A DNA stretch of 44,615 nucleotides, taken from contig JABCSY010000023.1 of the NCBI GenBank assembly GCA_018238625.1, forward strand, positions 1-44,615, written 5' to 3'. Position 1 is the first letter of the stretch. Every line of letters begins with the position of its first letter. The stretch comes from Promethearchaeota archaeon. Lineage in GTDB: Archaea > Asgardarchaeota > Lokiarchaeia > Sigyniarchaeales > SOKP01. Positions 9,292 through 17,794 of this stretch are shown here, in pieces. A program made the translations under genes and the position numbers. The notes below the pieces were generated by a model. That model searched no databases. It saw only the letters and a program-made list of their open reading frames with translations, and was not told the DNA's origin.

Positions 9292-9405
9292 TTGATAAGC
9301 GACAAATGGAAGATAACGCTCGTTTCGGTCAGTATTATTTCGATTTCTTTTATATTGGCCTTAGCGCTAACGGCAAATAAAATTATGTTTTTACCGTTTT
9401 TCTAA
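9292..9405 (+). CDS. Putative 37-aa single-TM peptide (not in the ORF track)
   Basis: TATA 9233-9240, RBS AGAGGT, TTG start; MISDKWKITLVSVSIISISFILALALTANKIMFLPFF*. Confidence 0.6.
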   Translation: MISDKWKITLVSVSIISISFILALALTANKIMFLPFF

Positions 9406-9458
9406 ACTTTTAACCCATCTTTTTTTTTCTTTATTAAACTAAGAGATTTTCAGCTTTT

Positions 9459-10553
9459 ATGGGAGTTAAGTTAAAAGAGCTCATTGTTCGAAATAAAATA
9501 GAGTTTTCCGAGTTAGCGGGTAAAATTATGGCAATAGACGCCCCGAACATTATTATGAGCCTGTTTAACTTCGCCCGAAAAAACCCAGACGGCTCTCGTG
9601 CTGGGCTAATCCTCGATCGAACCCAAAGACCAATATCTCACCTTTATGGTCTGTTGTACAGAATTAACTTTTACTACTCCAAGAAGATTTTCCCGATTTT
9701 TTGCTTCGACGGGCTCGACTCAGAGCTCAAGAAGTTAAAAACTAAAGACCGACTTAACGACTTTATTTTCACGCAAAATTTGTATCGATCGATGATTCGT
9801 TCCGGGAACAGGGAAAGCGCAAAAGAAATCGCGATGTCCAGAGAATATCTATGGCCTAATATAATCAATGAATCGAAACAGCTCTTAGGAGCTTTAGGAA
9901 TACCTTGCATAAGTTCCCCCGCTTCGGCAGAATCTCAATGCGCTCAACTTGTCAAAGATAGGGTCGCCCATTATTCCAACTCCCAAGATTTTGATTCACT
10001 TCTCTTCGGATGTCCACACCAAATTCAAAATTTTTCGAAATCGCTGAGACGAAAAGTACAAGGAAGGTGGAAGTACGAAAAGGTCGTACCCGTGGTAATC
10101 GACTTGAAATACAATTTAAAGCGATTAGGGATAGACCAGTTCCAGCTCGTCGACATGGGAATTCTTATTGGAAACGATTATTTTTCGGGGATCAGCAAAA
10201 TTGGTCCTAAACACGCTTATAAGTTCGTAAAAATTCACAAGAATTTGGAAAACGCAATCTACCAAGAAAAAAATAATTACGATTTCTCTCCTCTTACTCA
10301 AGAACTAATCGCGAAAGTTAGAAAAATATTTTTGCTTCCCGAAGTCATCACTCAGTACCCTAGTTTAAATTGGAGCTTTCCCAACGAGCAGCAATCTTTT
10401 TCTTTATTGTGCGAAGAACACTATTTAAATAGGGAGAGGGTACAAAACAATTTAGCCAAGCTACTTGCGAATTTCGACAAGTGCCGAGACTACTTTGAAA
10501 AGCAGAAAGCAAGCCCACAAATCGTGCAAAAAACTTTAGACCAACTATCGTAG
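9459..10553 (+). CDS. fen: FEN1/XPG-family 5' nuclease, divergent paralog
   Basis: MGVKL, AIDAPN, SHLYGL, FDG, SQDFDSLLFG, GNDY..GI..IGPK; degenerate PIP box QKTLDQLS. Confidence 0.9.
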   Translation: MGVKLKELIVRNKIEFSELAGKIMAIDAPNIIMSLFNFARKNPDGSRAGLILDRTQRPISHLYGLLYRINFYYSKKIFPIFCFDGLDSELKKLKTKDRLNDFIFTQNLYRSMIRSGNRESAKEIAMSREYLWPNIINESKQLLGALGIPCISSPASAESQCAQLVKDRVAHYSNSQDFDSLLFGCPHQIQNFSKSLRRKVQGRWKYEKVVPVVIDLKYNLKRLGIDQFQLVDMGILIGNDYFSGISKIGPKHAYKFVKIHKNLENAIYQEKNNYDFSPLTQELIAKVRKIFLLPEVITQYPSLNWSFPNEQQSFSLLCEEHYLNRERVQNNLAKLLANFDKCRDYFEKQKASPQIVQKTLDQLS

Positions 10554-10638
10554 TCGTTTAGACAATTTTTATATGCGATTAATTCTTAGGAAAATTTAAG
10601 TATAAGGATAAAAACAACAACAAAAATAAGAGTCTAAA

Positions 10639-11130
10639 TTGCCGTACGTCATGGGTACTTGCGACGAGTGCAAAAGTAAATTTCCGCTAGAGAAAGAAAG
10701 GTACGATAAGCTCAAAAAGAACAACAATCTTTTTTTGTGTCCATTTTGCGAGTTGAAGTATTTTAACCTCATGGGACAAGCATTAGAGAAAGGTTTTACT
10801 TACACTATAGATCTCGTTAATTACATCCGGACCAATGGGCGAGCTAAAGTATCTCTATTACATCCAAACAAGTTAAAAGAAGGCGTAGATCATCAGAAAT
10901 TGTACGAAGATCTCGATGAATTAATCTTAAAAGAAGATGTACTCGTGGATTTCGACGAGCGCGGCAAAAAAAGTTATTCTATTTCTGACAAAGGGTTAAA
11001 CGAGAGCGACCAGGGCTTAGGCGAGTTAATAGGTCTTATTCGCATGAAGGAAAAAGATTGGAAGGCTTACGTAAAAGACGCCCAGCGCGAGTACTTAGTA
11101 GAACAAAAAAATAAAGCGTCTAAAAAGTAG
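10639..11130 (+). CDS. Zinc-finger hypothetical protein with possible winged-helix C-terminal part
   Basis: CDEC...CPFC; KKSYSISDKG wing-like motif. Confidence 0.7.
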   Translation: MPYVMGTCDECKSKFPLEKERYDKLKKNNNLFLCPFCELKYFNLMGQALEKGFTYTIDLVNYIRTNGRAKVSLLHPNKLKEGVDHQKLYEDLDELILKEDVLVDFDERGKKSYSISDKGLNESDQGLGELIGLIRMKEKDWKAYVKDAQREYLVEQKNKASKK

Positions 11131-11253
11131 AAATAAATATTACTAATTTTAAGCCCTAATTTTTCTTATTTTTTCTTTTTCTTTATATACAAGCAACGGT
11201 TTAAGCATTTAATTTTTTTTAATGATTTTAAAGTCTACGACATTGAATAAATA

Positions 11254-11859
11254 ATGGCTGGAAATACGAGCGAATCGGTATTTTTGGTGAAAAATTTAGA
11301 TGTACTAAGCGAATTATCTAAGCGTTTTTTAGCTAAAAAAAGAGTATTAGATCACTTTTTTAGGTGCGAGAGCCTAACAAACGGCGATAACAGCGTTATT
11401 GAGCTAAGTCACTTCCTCGTCAAAAATATTGCGAAACAGACGCATGTGCCTGAAATTCTCGTTTTAGACGTCATAAGCAAATTTCTAAAAGAAGTTAAAG
11501 CTTTTAACGAAATGTTACGTTCTGGTTACATCGCGTGGACTCCCGAGAGAAAGCGTCTTTATCGAAAAGTAAGAGTGTACCTTCACAAGGCTCATAAAAT
11601 CGCCCCCGTATTCGATTATCAGAGAGCAAAAAAGAATTTAGAGCTTCTACACGTCTTGCTAAGTCGCAAATTTTTTTGGCCTCACGTTCCAACTCAGCTT
11701 GCCCTGGTTATCTTTGTAACAGATCGTAACGATCCAAATTTAACCAACAACAATTATATACTCCAAAAAAATTTAAGAAGTCTGTGCTCTTGTTCCGCCT
11801 ACGCCTTCCACATGGCTCGAAATAAGTTGAAGATAAATAAATCCGGAAATCTAAAGTGA
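11254..11859 (+). CDS. Hypothetical protein, possibly a divergent TFB/TFIIB-like cyclin-fold factor lacking the Zn ribbon
   Basis: C-terminal PTQLALVIFVT...ILQKNLRSLCSCSAYAFHMARNKL resembles the TFB second-repeat pattern PxxxAAAxxYxA...TQxExAxxxxVTExTIRxRxKEL. The CDS is solid; the family call is moderate. Confidence 0.5.
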   Translation: MAGNTSESVFLVKNLDVLSELSKRFLAKKRVLDHFFRCESLTNGDNSVIELSHFLVKNIAKQTHVPEILVLDVISKFLKEVKAFNEMLRSGYIAWTPERKRLYRKVRVYLHKAHKIAPVFDYQRAKKNLELLHVLLSRKFFWPHVPTQLALVIFVTDRNDPNLTNNNYILQKNLRSLCSCSAYAFHMARNKLKINKSGNLK

Positions 11860-11893
11860 AGTTTACCTATTTATTTTCTATTGAAGAACATCT

Positions 11894-11920
11894 TTTCATC
11901 CTGAATCCATTAGAATGAAA
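11894..11920. repeat. 27-bp imperfect palindrome, copy 1 (upstream of the esterase)
   Basis: TTTCATCCTGA-ATCCAT-TAGAATGAAA; 23/27 identical to 13124-13150. Confidence 0.75.
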
Positions 11921-12011
11921 CCATATGGAATGCGAATATTAAAAAACTTCTTGGAATTGGATTAGGTTGAAATATGATAAAGTTATATAAAAAAGCATTT
12001 TTATTTTAATT

Positions 12012-13085
12012 ATGCCGGTATTGAACAAACGATTATTAAGACCAGATGTAAAGAAACTTCAACAAAGGAGTCAAAAAATAATTACAAAAGGAGCTCTCGA
12101 GATTGCGGAAAAGGAAGGAGTTGACATTATTAAAATGCTCCCTATTATTGCAAACGGAAATAAACGGTTCTACGAGATACTCGAAACTGGAGAAGGTAAA
12201 ACAGAGGATCTTTACGATCTTATAAATAGAGACCAAATGAAACAGTTAGCAAAGGTTTTTCGAGGTGCTATGGAATATAAAGGGAAAATTCTACAAGAAC
12301 AGCATCCATTATCTCCAGATGTAAAAATTGAAGATGTTGATGCCGGGGGTGTACCTGCAGAGTGGCAAATCTCTGAGGGCGTTGATGAAGATAAAGTCTT
12401 ATTGTATTTCCACGGCGGAGGACATGTGTTAGGATCTCCAATGTCCAGCCGACCTTATACCGTTGAGATTGGAAAAGCCGCACGTGTAAAGGTATTAAGC
12501 GTGGATTATGCTCTTGCTCCTGAACATCCATTCCCTGAAGGTCCAAACGATTGCTTTACATCCTATAAATGGCTCTTCGCTCAAGGATATAAATCAGAAA
12601 ATATAATTGTTGGCGGAGCTTCTGCGGGCGGAAATATGACTCTCGCAACTCTTATCAAAATAAAAGAGGAAGGTATTGCTATGCCAAAAGGCGCAATAGT
12701 TCTCTCTCCCGGTATTGATTATACGACAAACAGTAAAACAATTCTAGAGAATGCACCTACAGATTGCGTAATGGCAGATGTGGGCGTATTTTGGTGGATT
12801 CCTGCATATCTTAACGGAGCAGATCCTAATAATCCTCTCGCATGCCCGATCTTTGCAGACTTTACAGGATTCCCTCCAATTTTAGCGCAAGTAAGCACAA
12901 GTGAGATGGTCTACGATCATTCTACTCGATTAGTGGAACACGCGAAAGCTGCCGGTGTAAATGCCATTCTACAAGAATGGGATGACATGCCTCATGTTTG
13001 GCAAAATTATGGTCTTTACGACCTTCCTGAAGCAAAAGAAGCTATTGATAAAATTGGACAATTTATAAAAGGTCTGTATGATTAA
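12012..13085 (+). CDS. Alpha/beta hydrolase, HSL (family IV) esterase/lipase
   Basis: FHGGG, VDYALAPEHPFP, GASAGG nucleophile, MPHVW. Confidence 0.93.
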   Translation: MPVLNKRLLRPDVKKLQQRSQKIITKGALEIAEKEGVDIIKMLPIIANGNKRFYEILETGEGKTEDLYDLINRDQMKQLAKVFRGAMEYKGKILQEQHPLSPDVKIEDVDAGGVPAEWQISEGVDEDKVLLYFHGGGHVLGSPMSSRPYTVEIGKAARVKVLSVDYALAPEHPFPEGPNDCFTSYKWLFAQGYKSENIIVGGASAGGNMTLATLIKIKEEGIAMPKGAIVLSPGIDYTTNSKTILENAPTDCVMADVGVFWWIPAYLNGADPNNPLACPIFADFTGFPPILAQVSTSEMVYDHSTRLVEHAKAAGVNAILQEWDDMPHVWQNYGLYDLPEAKEAIDKIGQFIKGLYD

Positions 13086-13123
13086 ATATGCGCGATAAAC
13101 ATTATCCTGTTGAAGGGGTTCAA

Positions 13124-13150
13124 TTTCATCCCGAATGGATAAGAATGAAA
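13124..13150. repeat. 27-bp imperfect palindrome, copy 2 (downstream of the esterase)
   Basis: TTTCATCCCGA-ATGGAT-AAGAATGAAA; the 6-bp core is the reverse complement of the core in copy 1. Confidence 0.75.
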
Positions 13151-13343
13151 ATGATAAACTGATAACTGAACCAAACAATTAATCAAAAATATAGAATCTT
13201 TTATAAATATAATATAGAAGAGGATAAAATCATTATTATGATTGTGGTACATTGTTCTAGACAATTAAGACTTTAAAAGAGTAATATTTTACTCCGAAAT
13301 AAAGACATTTCATGATCAATAAACAATTTTTAAATATATTTAA

Positions 13344-13444
13344 TATCCAAGGCTTACTGAAAATGATATAAAAGCAGCTTTGGATTACTATTTTTTATTG
13401 TTGATCATCCAGAGGAAGAGAGAACACTGTATTTAGATTTGTGA
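13344..13444 (+). pseudogene. DUF433-like (antitoxin-type) gene remnant
   Basis: YPRLTENDIKAALDYYF, then after a frameshift VDHPEEERTLYLDL*; preceded by an in-frame TAA, no start. Confidence 0.55.
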
Positions 13445-13467
13445 GATCTCTAAGCTCTATTTTATCC

Positions 13468-13860
13468 TTATACGTAAATTTCTTTTGATTTTTTATCAAC
13501 TTCAGAATTAAAGCAATGAAACATTTTTACATCGCTTTGCCAATACTGCGGCAAATTGTGCTGGAATTTATCGTAAAATAATTGGGATAATTGTTCAAAA
13601 TTATTGTTAGCTGATTTGTAACCAATGCTAACTGAGGACATGCCAATAAAGAAAAACGGTTCTATCTTCTTAAAATGCAATCGATATTGATTCATTGATA
13701 CTTTCTGTAAGTCTCTCTGAAAACAAATATTATAGATCGCATTAATTGCGTGAAAATACGCACCTAATAGTTGTTCATCGCATTTTAACAGAGAAGAATG
13801 ACTAAAGATCACTTTACCTCCATCTGCGAGAACAAAAAAATCGATCAAAAATTCTGACAT
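13468..13860 (-). CDS. Longin/roadblock (profilin-like fold) domain protein
   Basis: FFVLADGGKVIFSH...DEQLLGAYFHAI...LQKVSM...FFFIG pattern typical of Asgard longin-like proteins. Confidence 0.7.
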   Translation of the reverse strand: MSEFLIDFFVLADGGKVIFSHSSLLKCDEQLLGAYFHAINAIYNICFQRDLQKVSMNQYRLHFKKIEPFFFIGMSSVSIGYKSANNNFEQLSQLFYDKFQHNLPQYWQSDVKMFHCFNSEVDKKSKEIYV

Positions 13861-13942
13861 AAGTTTGAGATCTCTTCAATCTTCAATTATTAATAACTAT
13901 AAGTTATAGCGAATGAAACAATAATTTAAATTAAAATTAGTA

Positions 13943-13970
13943 TAATATCAAAATGACTTCTGCGTAGTAT
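13943..13970 (+). repeat. 28-bp direct repeat, copy 1 (putative recombination site or element end)
   Basis: TAATATCAAAATGACTTCTGCGTAGTAT; 27/28 identical to 17572-17599, with unrelated flanks. Confidence 0.85.
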
Positions 13971-13988
13971 GATATTTTCTTAATAGAA

Positions 13989-14189
13989 TTAGAGAATGCG
14001 ATGACTATGTGGATCGAATTTGTCTTTAAAAAGATAATTATACTTCCACATTTTTAGATAGTTTTGAAAAAAGTCGTCTGGAAGTCCGATTGAGTTAACG
14101 ACCCTCGCTTCTTTTGGCTCGTTTTTGCGCTTATTAGAAGATTTCCTAAAACTTTTTTCCCAATCATAATAAGATGCCGGTTTTTCCAT
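13989..14189 (-). CDS. Hypothetical 66-aa basic protein
   Basis: ATG start with a TATA-like TTTAATTA about 30 nt upstream; no recognisable motif. Confidence 0.55.
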   Translation of the reverse strand: MEKPASYYDWEKSFRKSSNKRKNEPKEARVVNSIGLPDDFFQNYLKMWKYNYLFKDKFDPHSHRIL

Positions 14190-14278
14190 ATGGAAAATAA
14201 GGACTTCAGCTAATTAAACGCAAAGACTATCTACAATTTGTAATTTTTATATCGTGTTTTTTATTGTTGAGAAGTGAA

Positions 14279-15376
14279 TTATGTCGCGTTAATTTGAATT
14301 AAATTTTTATTCAATTTCTTTTTTTTAATTTTTTTACTCATAATGATTACAGCAACCGAAAGAGTACCAAGTAGAAAGAATAGATTATATCCTGGGATTA
14401 TTCCACATTCGTTATTTTCGATAATATTACCTTCACAGTCGGCTTCTCTTATGCACTCATCGTTTCCTAAAAAAATATTTCCCAAGACTTTGTTATAATC
14501 ACTTTTCCACAAATATATCCCATACACATTGTTATTTGCGGTGTTTACCGAAACAGTATTGTTATTACTCTCTATTAGAAATATCCCCTCATCGTGGTTA
14601 TTATTTGCGGTGTTTCCCGAGATGTTGTTATAATCACCATTTTCCAAAAGTATCCCACGATAGTTGCTATTTGCATTGTTTCCCGAAACAGTATTGTTAT
14701 TACTATCTATTAGAAATATCCCCTCCCAGATGTTATTATTTACGGTGTTTTCCGAAACTGTATTGTTAATACTATATCCTATTATTATTCCATAATAATT
14801 ATCATTTGCATTGTTTCCCGAAACAGTATTGTTATTACTATCCCCTAAATCTATTCCATAATAATTGTCATTTGCGGTGTTTCCCGAAATTGTATTAGCA
14901 GTACTATTATACAATTGTATTCCGACATAATTTGAAGAGCAATTGTTATCAATTAATCGACTCTTATTAACATATACTAATCTGATTCCTGCATCAGTCC
15001 ATCCACTTCCTGAATTATAGAGGGTGCAATTTTCAATCCTAAAGTATGCAGTGGAATTTTCGATCAAGATACAACTTCCCGAACCTCCCCCATTTATTAC
15101 CAAATCTTCGATGACATAAGGGTCGGAATAAGTGCCTTCCCCAGTACAAAACCCCGCACTCTTGGCAGCAGTCCAATTATTGTCAATATGAATTTTTCCC
15201 GAAATTGCTGAGATTTTTAGATTTTTATTATCTAAATTAATATCATTGTTATATTCCAAACTTTTGATGCTATTTTCCGCAATCAAACTAAAATTGACGG
15301 TAATAATTGGTGATACGGCAAAAAGGATTCCTAAAGCGATTAAAATAATTATTTTTGATTTTGCATTTGATTTCAT
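14279..15376 (-). CDS. NosD/CASH beta-helix surface protein with Loki-CTERM-like tail
   Basis: MKSNAKSK signal, CTGEGTYSDPYVIEDLVI, NNTVSGNxAN repeats, IIPGYN-TM-KK tail. Confidence 0.9.
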   Translation of the reverse strand: MKSNAKSKIIILIALGILFAVSPIITVNFSLIAENSIKSLEYNNDINLDNKNLKISAISGKIHIDNNWTAAKSAGFCTGEGTYSDPYVIEDLVINGGGSGSCILIENSTAYFRIENCTLYNSGSGWTDAGIRLVYVNKSRLIDNNCSSNYVGIQLYNSTANTISGNTANDNYYGIDLGDSNNNTVSGNNANDNYYGIIIGYSINNTVSENTVNNNIWEGIFLIDSNNNTVSGNNANSNYRGILLENGDYNNISGNTANNNHDEGIFLIESNNNTVSVNTANNNVYGIYLWKSDYNKVLGNIFLGNDECIREADCEGNIIENNECGIIPGYNLFFLLGTLSVAVIIMSKKIKKKKLNKNLIQINAT

Positions 15377-15421
15377 ATTATTTTCTCCAAATTAATAAAA
15401 TTTGATTATGTTGATTTAATT

Positions 15422-17032
15422 TTAATTCTTTTTTACATATTTTTTTTTTATACTTATTAAGATTGCTACAACGGATAGAATGCTGAGAAGAAAGAATAGA
15501 TTATATCCCGGAATTATATCATCTGCTTGACCATAAGTACAAGAACCGTTATCGCTAAATTTGTTCCCTTTACAATTTGTTTCTACGATGCATTCATCAT
15601 TTCCCAGTAAGATATTTCCCGAAACGATGTTATAGTCACTACAAAATAAATGAATCCCAGTATCCTTGTTGTTATTTGCGGTGTTTCCCGAAATGGTGCT
15701 ATAATCGCTAAAAGATAAATATATCCCCGTTTCTGAGTTATTATTTGCAATGTTTCCCATAATATTGTTATTAATACTATGAAGTAAATATATCCCATAA
15801 GCACCTAGATTTGCGGTGTTTCCTGAAATGTTGTTATAATTACTATTAATTAGATATATCCCATAGAAACCTATATTTGCGGTATTTCTTGAAATGTTGT
15901 TATAATTACTATAAATTAAATAAATTCCCTTATTACAGTAAGAAACATCTAAATTTGATATCAATGAATCGTTGCAATTAACCAAAATTACTTGCCCAGC
16001 GCTTGTAAAATTGTTTGGTCCTAAATCTTTTTCATTGAGGTAATAATACAAAGGTTTTCCATTTACTAGATTTGTAGTATCTATGATAAGTGAAGTTAGC
16101 ATCTCAAGATTTCCAGATAAATCTAATCCACTTTCGTTCATTATATTTCCCGAAATGGTATCATCATTACTATTCCTTAAATATATCCCACAATGGTTGT
16201 AATTTAAGGTGTTTCCCGTAATGTTGTTATTATCTCCCTCTAAATATATCCCAAACCAATCATTATTTACTATATTTCCAGAAATGGTGTTATAGTCACA
16301 AAAAAGTAAATGTATCCCACGAAAGTCGTTATTATTTAAGATGTTTCCTAAAATGGTGTTATAATTACTATCAAATATATCTATTCCATTGCTACCCAGA
16401 TTTATTGTGTTTCCCGAAATGGTGTTATTATTAATATTACTCAAATATATTCCAAAACTATTACTATTTGCGGTGTTTCCTGAAATGGTGTTATTATTAC
16501 AACCCGATAAATATATCCCATACAAGTTGTTATTTACTATATTTTCCGAAATTGTGTTATTATTACAACCAGATAAATTTATCCCATTTCTACTCGATGA
16601 ACAAAAATTCGTGATTATCAGAGAATTGTTTACATTTGATAACCTGATTCCTGTATTATCAGTATTATAAAGTGTACAGTTTTCAATCCTAAAGTATACA
16701 GTGGAATTTTCGATTAAGATACAACTTCCTGAACCTCCCCCATTTATTACCGAATCCTCGATGACATAAGGGTCGGAATAAGTGCCAGTCCCTGTACAAT
16801 TTCCAGCGTTTTTAAAATCAACCCATCCTGACTTATTGATTATATGTATTTTTCCCGAAACAGCTGAGATTTTTAGATTTTTATTATTTAAATTAATCTC
16901 ATTGTTATATTCCGAACCTTTGTAGTTATAGCCCGTAATTAAAATAAGATTAATAATAATTACTGGTGATAAAGCGATAAGGATTCCTACAGCGATTAAA
17001 ATAATTATTTTTGATTTTGCATTTGATTTCAT
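15422..17032 (-). CDS. NosD/CASH beta-helix surface protein with Loki-CTERM-like tail (tandem paralog)
   Basis: Start moved to ATG 17032 (MKSNAKSK, as in its paralogs); NLVNGKPLYY insert; IIPGYN-TM-KKK tail. Confidence 0.9.
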   Translation of the reverse strand: MKSNAKSKIIILIAVGILIALSPVIIINLILITGYNYKGSEYNNEINLNNKNLKISAVSGKIHIINKSGWVDFKNAGNCTGTGTYSDPYVIEDSVINGGGSGSCILIENSTVYFRIENCTLYNTDNTGIRLSNVNNSLIITNFCSSSRNGINLSGCNNNTISENIVNNNLYGIYLSGCNNNTISGNTANSNSFGIYLSNINNNTISGNTINLGSNGIDIFDSNYNTILGNILNNNDFRGIHLLFCDYNTISGNIVNNDWFGIYLEGDNNNITGNTLNYNHCGIYLRNSNDDTISGNIMNESGLDLSGNLEMLTSLIIDTTNLVNGKPLYYYLNEKDLGPNNFTSAGQVILVNCNDSLISNLDVSYCNKGIYLIYSNYNNISRNTANIGFYGIYLINSNYNNISGNTANLGAYGIYLLHSINNNIMGNIANNNSETGIYLSFSDYSTISGNTANNNKDTGIHLFCSDYNIVSGNILLGNDECIVETNCKGNKFSDNGSCTYGQADDIIPGYNLFFLLSILSVVAILISIKKKYVKKN

Positions 17033-17238
17033 ATTATTTTCGCAATATTGGAAAAATATAATTTGTATATAGTTAATAAGTAGGTTAAGTATCTTTAAAT
17101 ACATTTCAGTCTATTGCAGAGAAAAAAAGAATTACAGTAACAATGGATTACTCAATGTAAGCTAACGCTAGACATTAAATTCATCCGTTCATTTCAAATT
17201 TAAAATATCTCTCTTCTTAAATTCAAATATCAAAAAAA

Positions 17239-17574
17239 TTAAATTTCTTTTAAGAGAGGCTCTAAATATTTTTTCAGTTCTTTTACTTTCTCTGGATTTG
17301 GGGGATAGCCATTTGATATGCCTTTTGAAATTTCATTTTTCAACCATTCTTCAAACTCGTTAAATGTGTTTACATTTTTAAAAATGACATCAAATCCACC
17401 CTTTTCTTCATTCTTAATAAGTTCGGAAAGAAAAACAGAGATTATTAGATCCTTACTTTTTTCAATGTTTTCAGCTCCAATAGTTATGATGTTAAAATCA
17501 TCAAATAAATTGGCACAGTAGGTAAATATCTCGTCGTTTCCCCATCTCTGAATTTTGTCTTTTAAAAAATCTAA
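17239..17574 (-). pseudogene. 5'-truncated diverged copy of the gene at 21099-21578
   Basis: Colinear with 21099-21434 (offset 3860), 18 of 111 aa differ. Homology ends exactly at the 28-bp repeat, which supplies the spurious TTG. Confidence 0.88.
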
Positions 17575-17599
17575 TATCAAAATAACTTCTGCGTAGTAT
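17572..17599 (+). repeat. 28-bp direct repeat, copy 2, at the truncation breakpoint
   Basis: TAATATCAAAATAACTTCTGCGTAGTAT. Confidence 0.85.
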
Positions 17600-17794
17600 C
17601 ATTTGATTTTTTATTTCATATATTTGAACTACTCTTTTTCGATGACTACAAAATTTTATATGATCGATTTTCCAAACTTCTCTAAATCGACTTTAATATA
17701 ATGAAGGCGTGATGCAAAAAAACAGTCCTAATGCGTTTATATATCTTTCATGAATTGTTGAACTTAGCTAATTTAATTAAAAATGTGAATAAAT

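Noticed and set aside
843-11859. Integrated virus or plasmid explaining the recombination gene cluster
   Set aside because: No integrase, capsid, terminase, primase or att pair, and the genes are interleaved with ordinary host genes over 30 kb.
11935-11951. Possible third copy of the 28-bp repeat (AATATTAAAAAACTTCT)
   Set aside because: Only the AT-rich half matches, with a gap; the GCGTAGTAT half is absent, so chance is plausible.
17033-17104. N-terminal 24-aa extension of the 560-aa NosD ORF
   Set aside because: Paralogs start at MKSNAKSK; the extension covers AT-rich promoter DNA.
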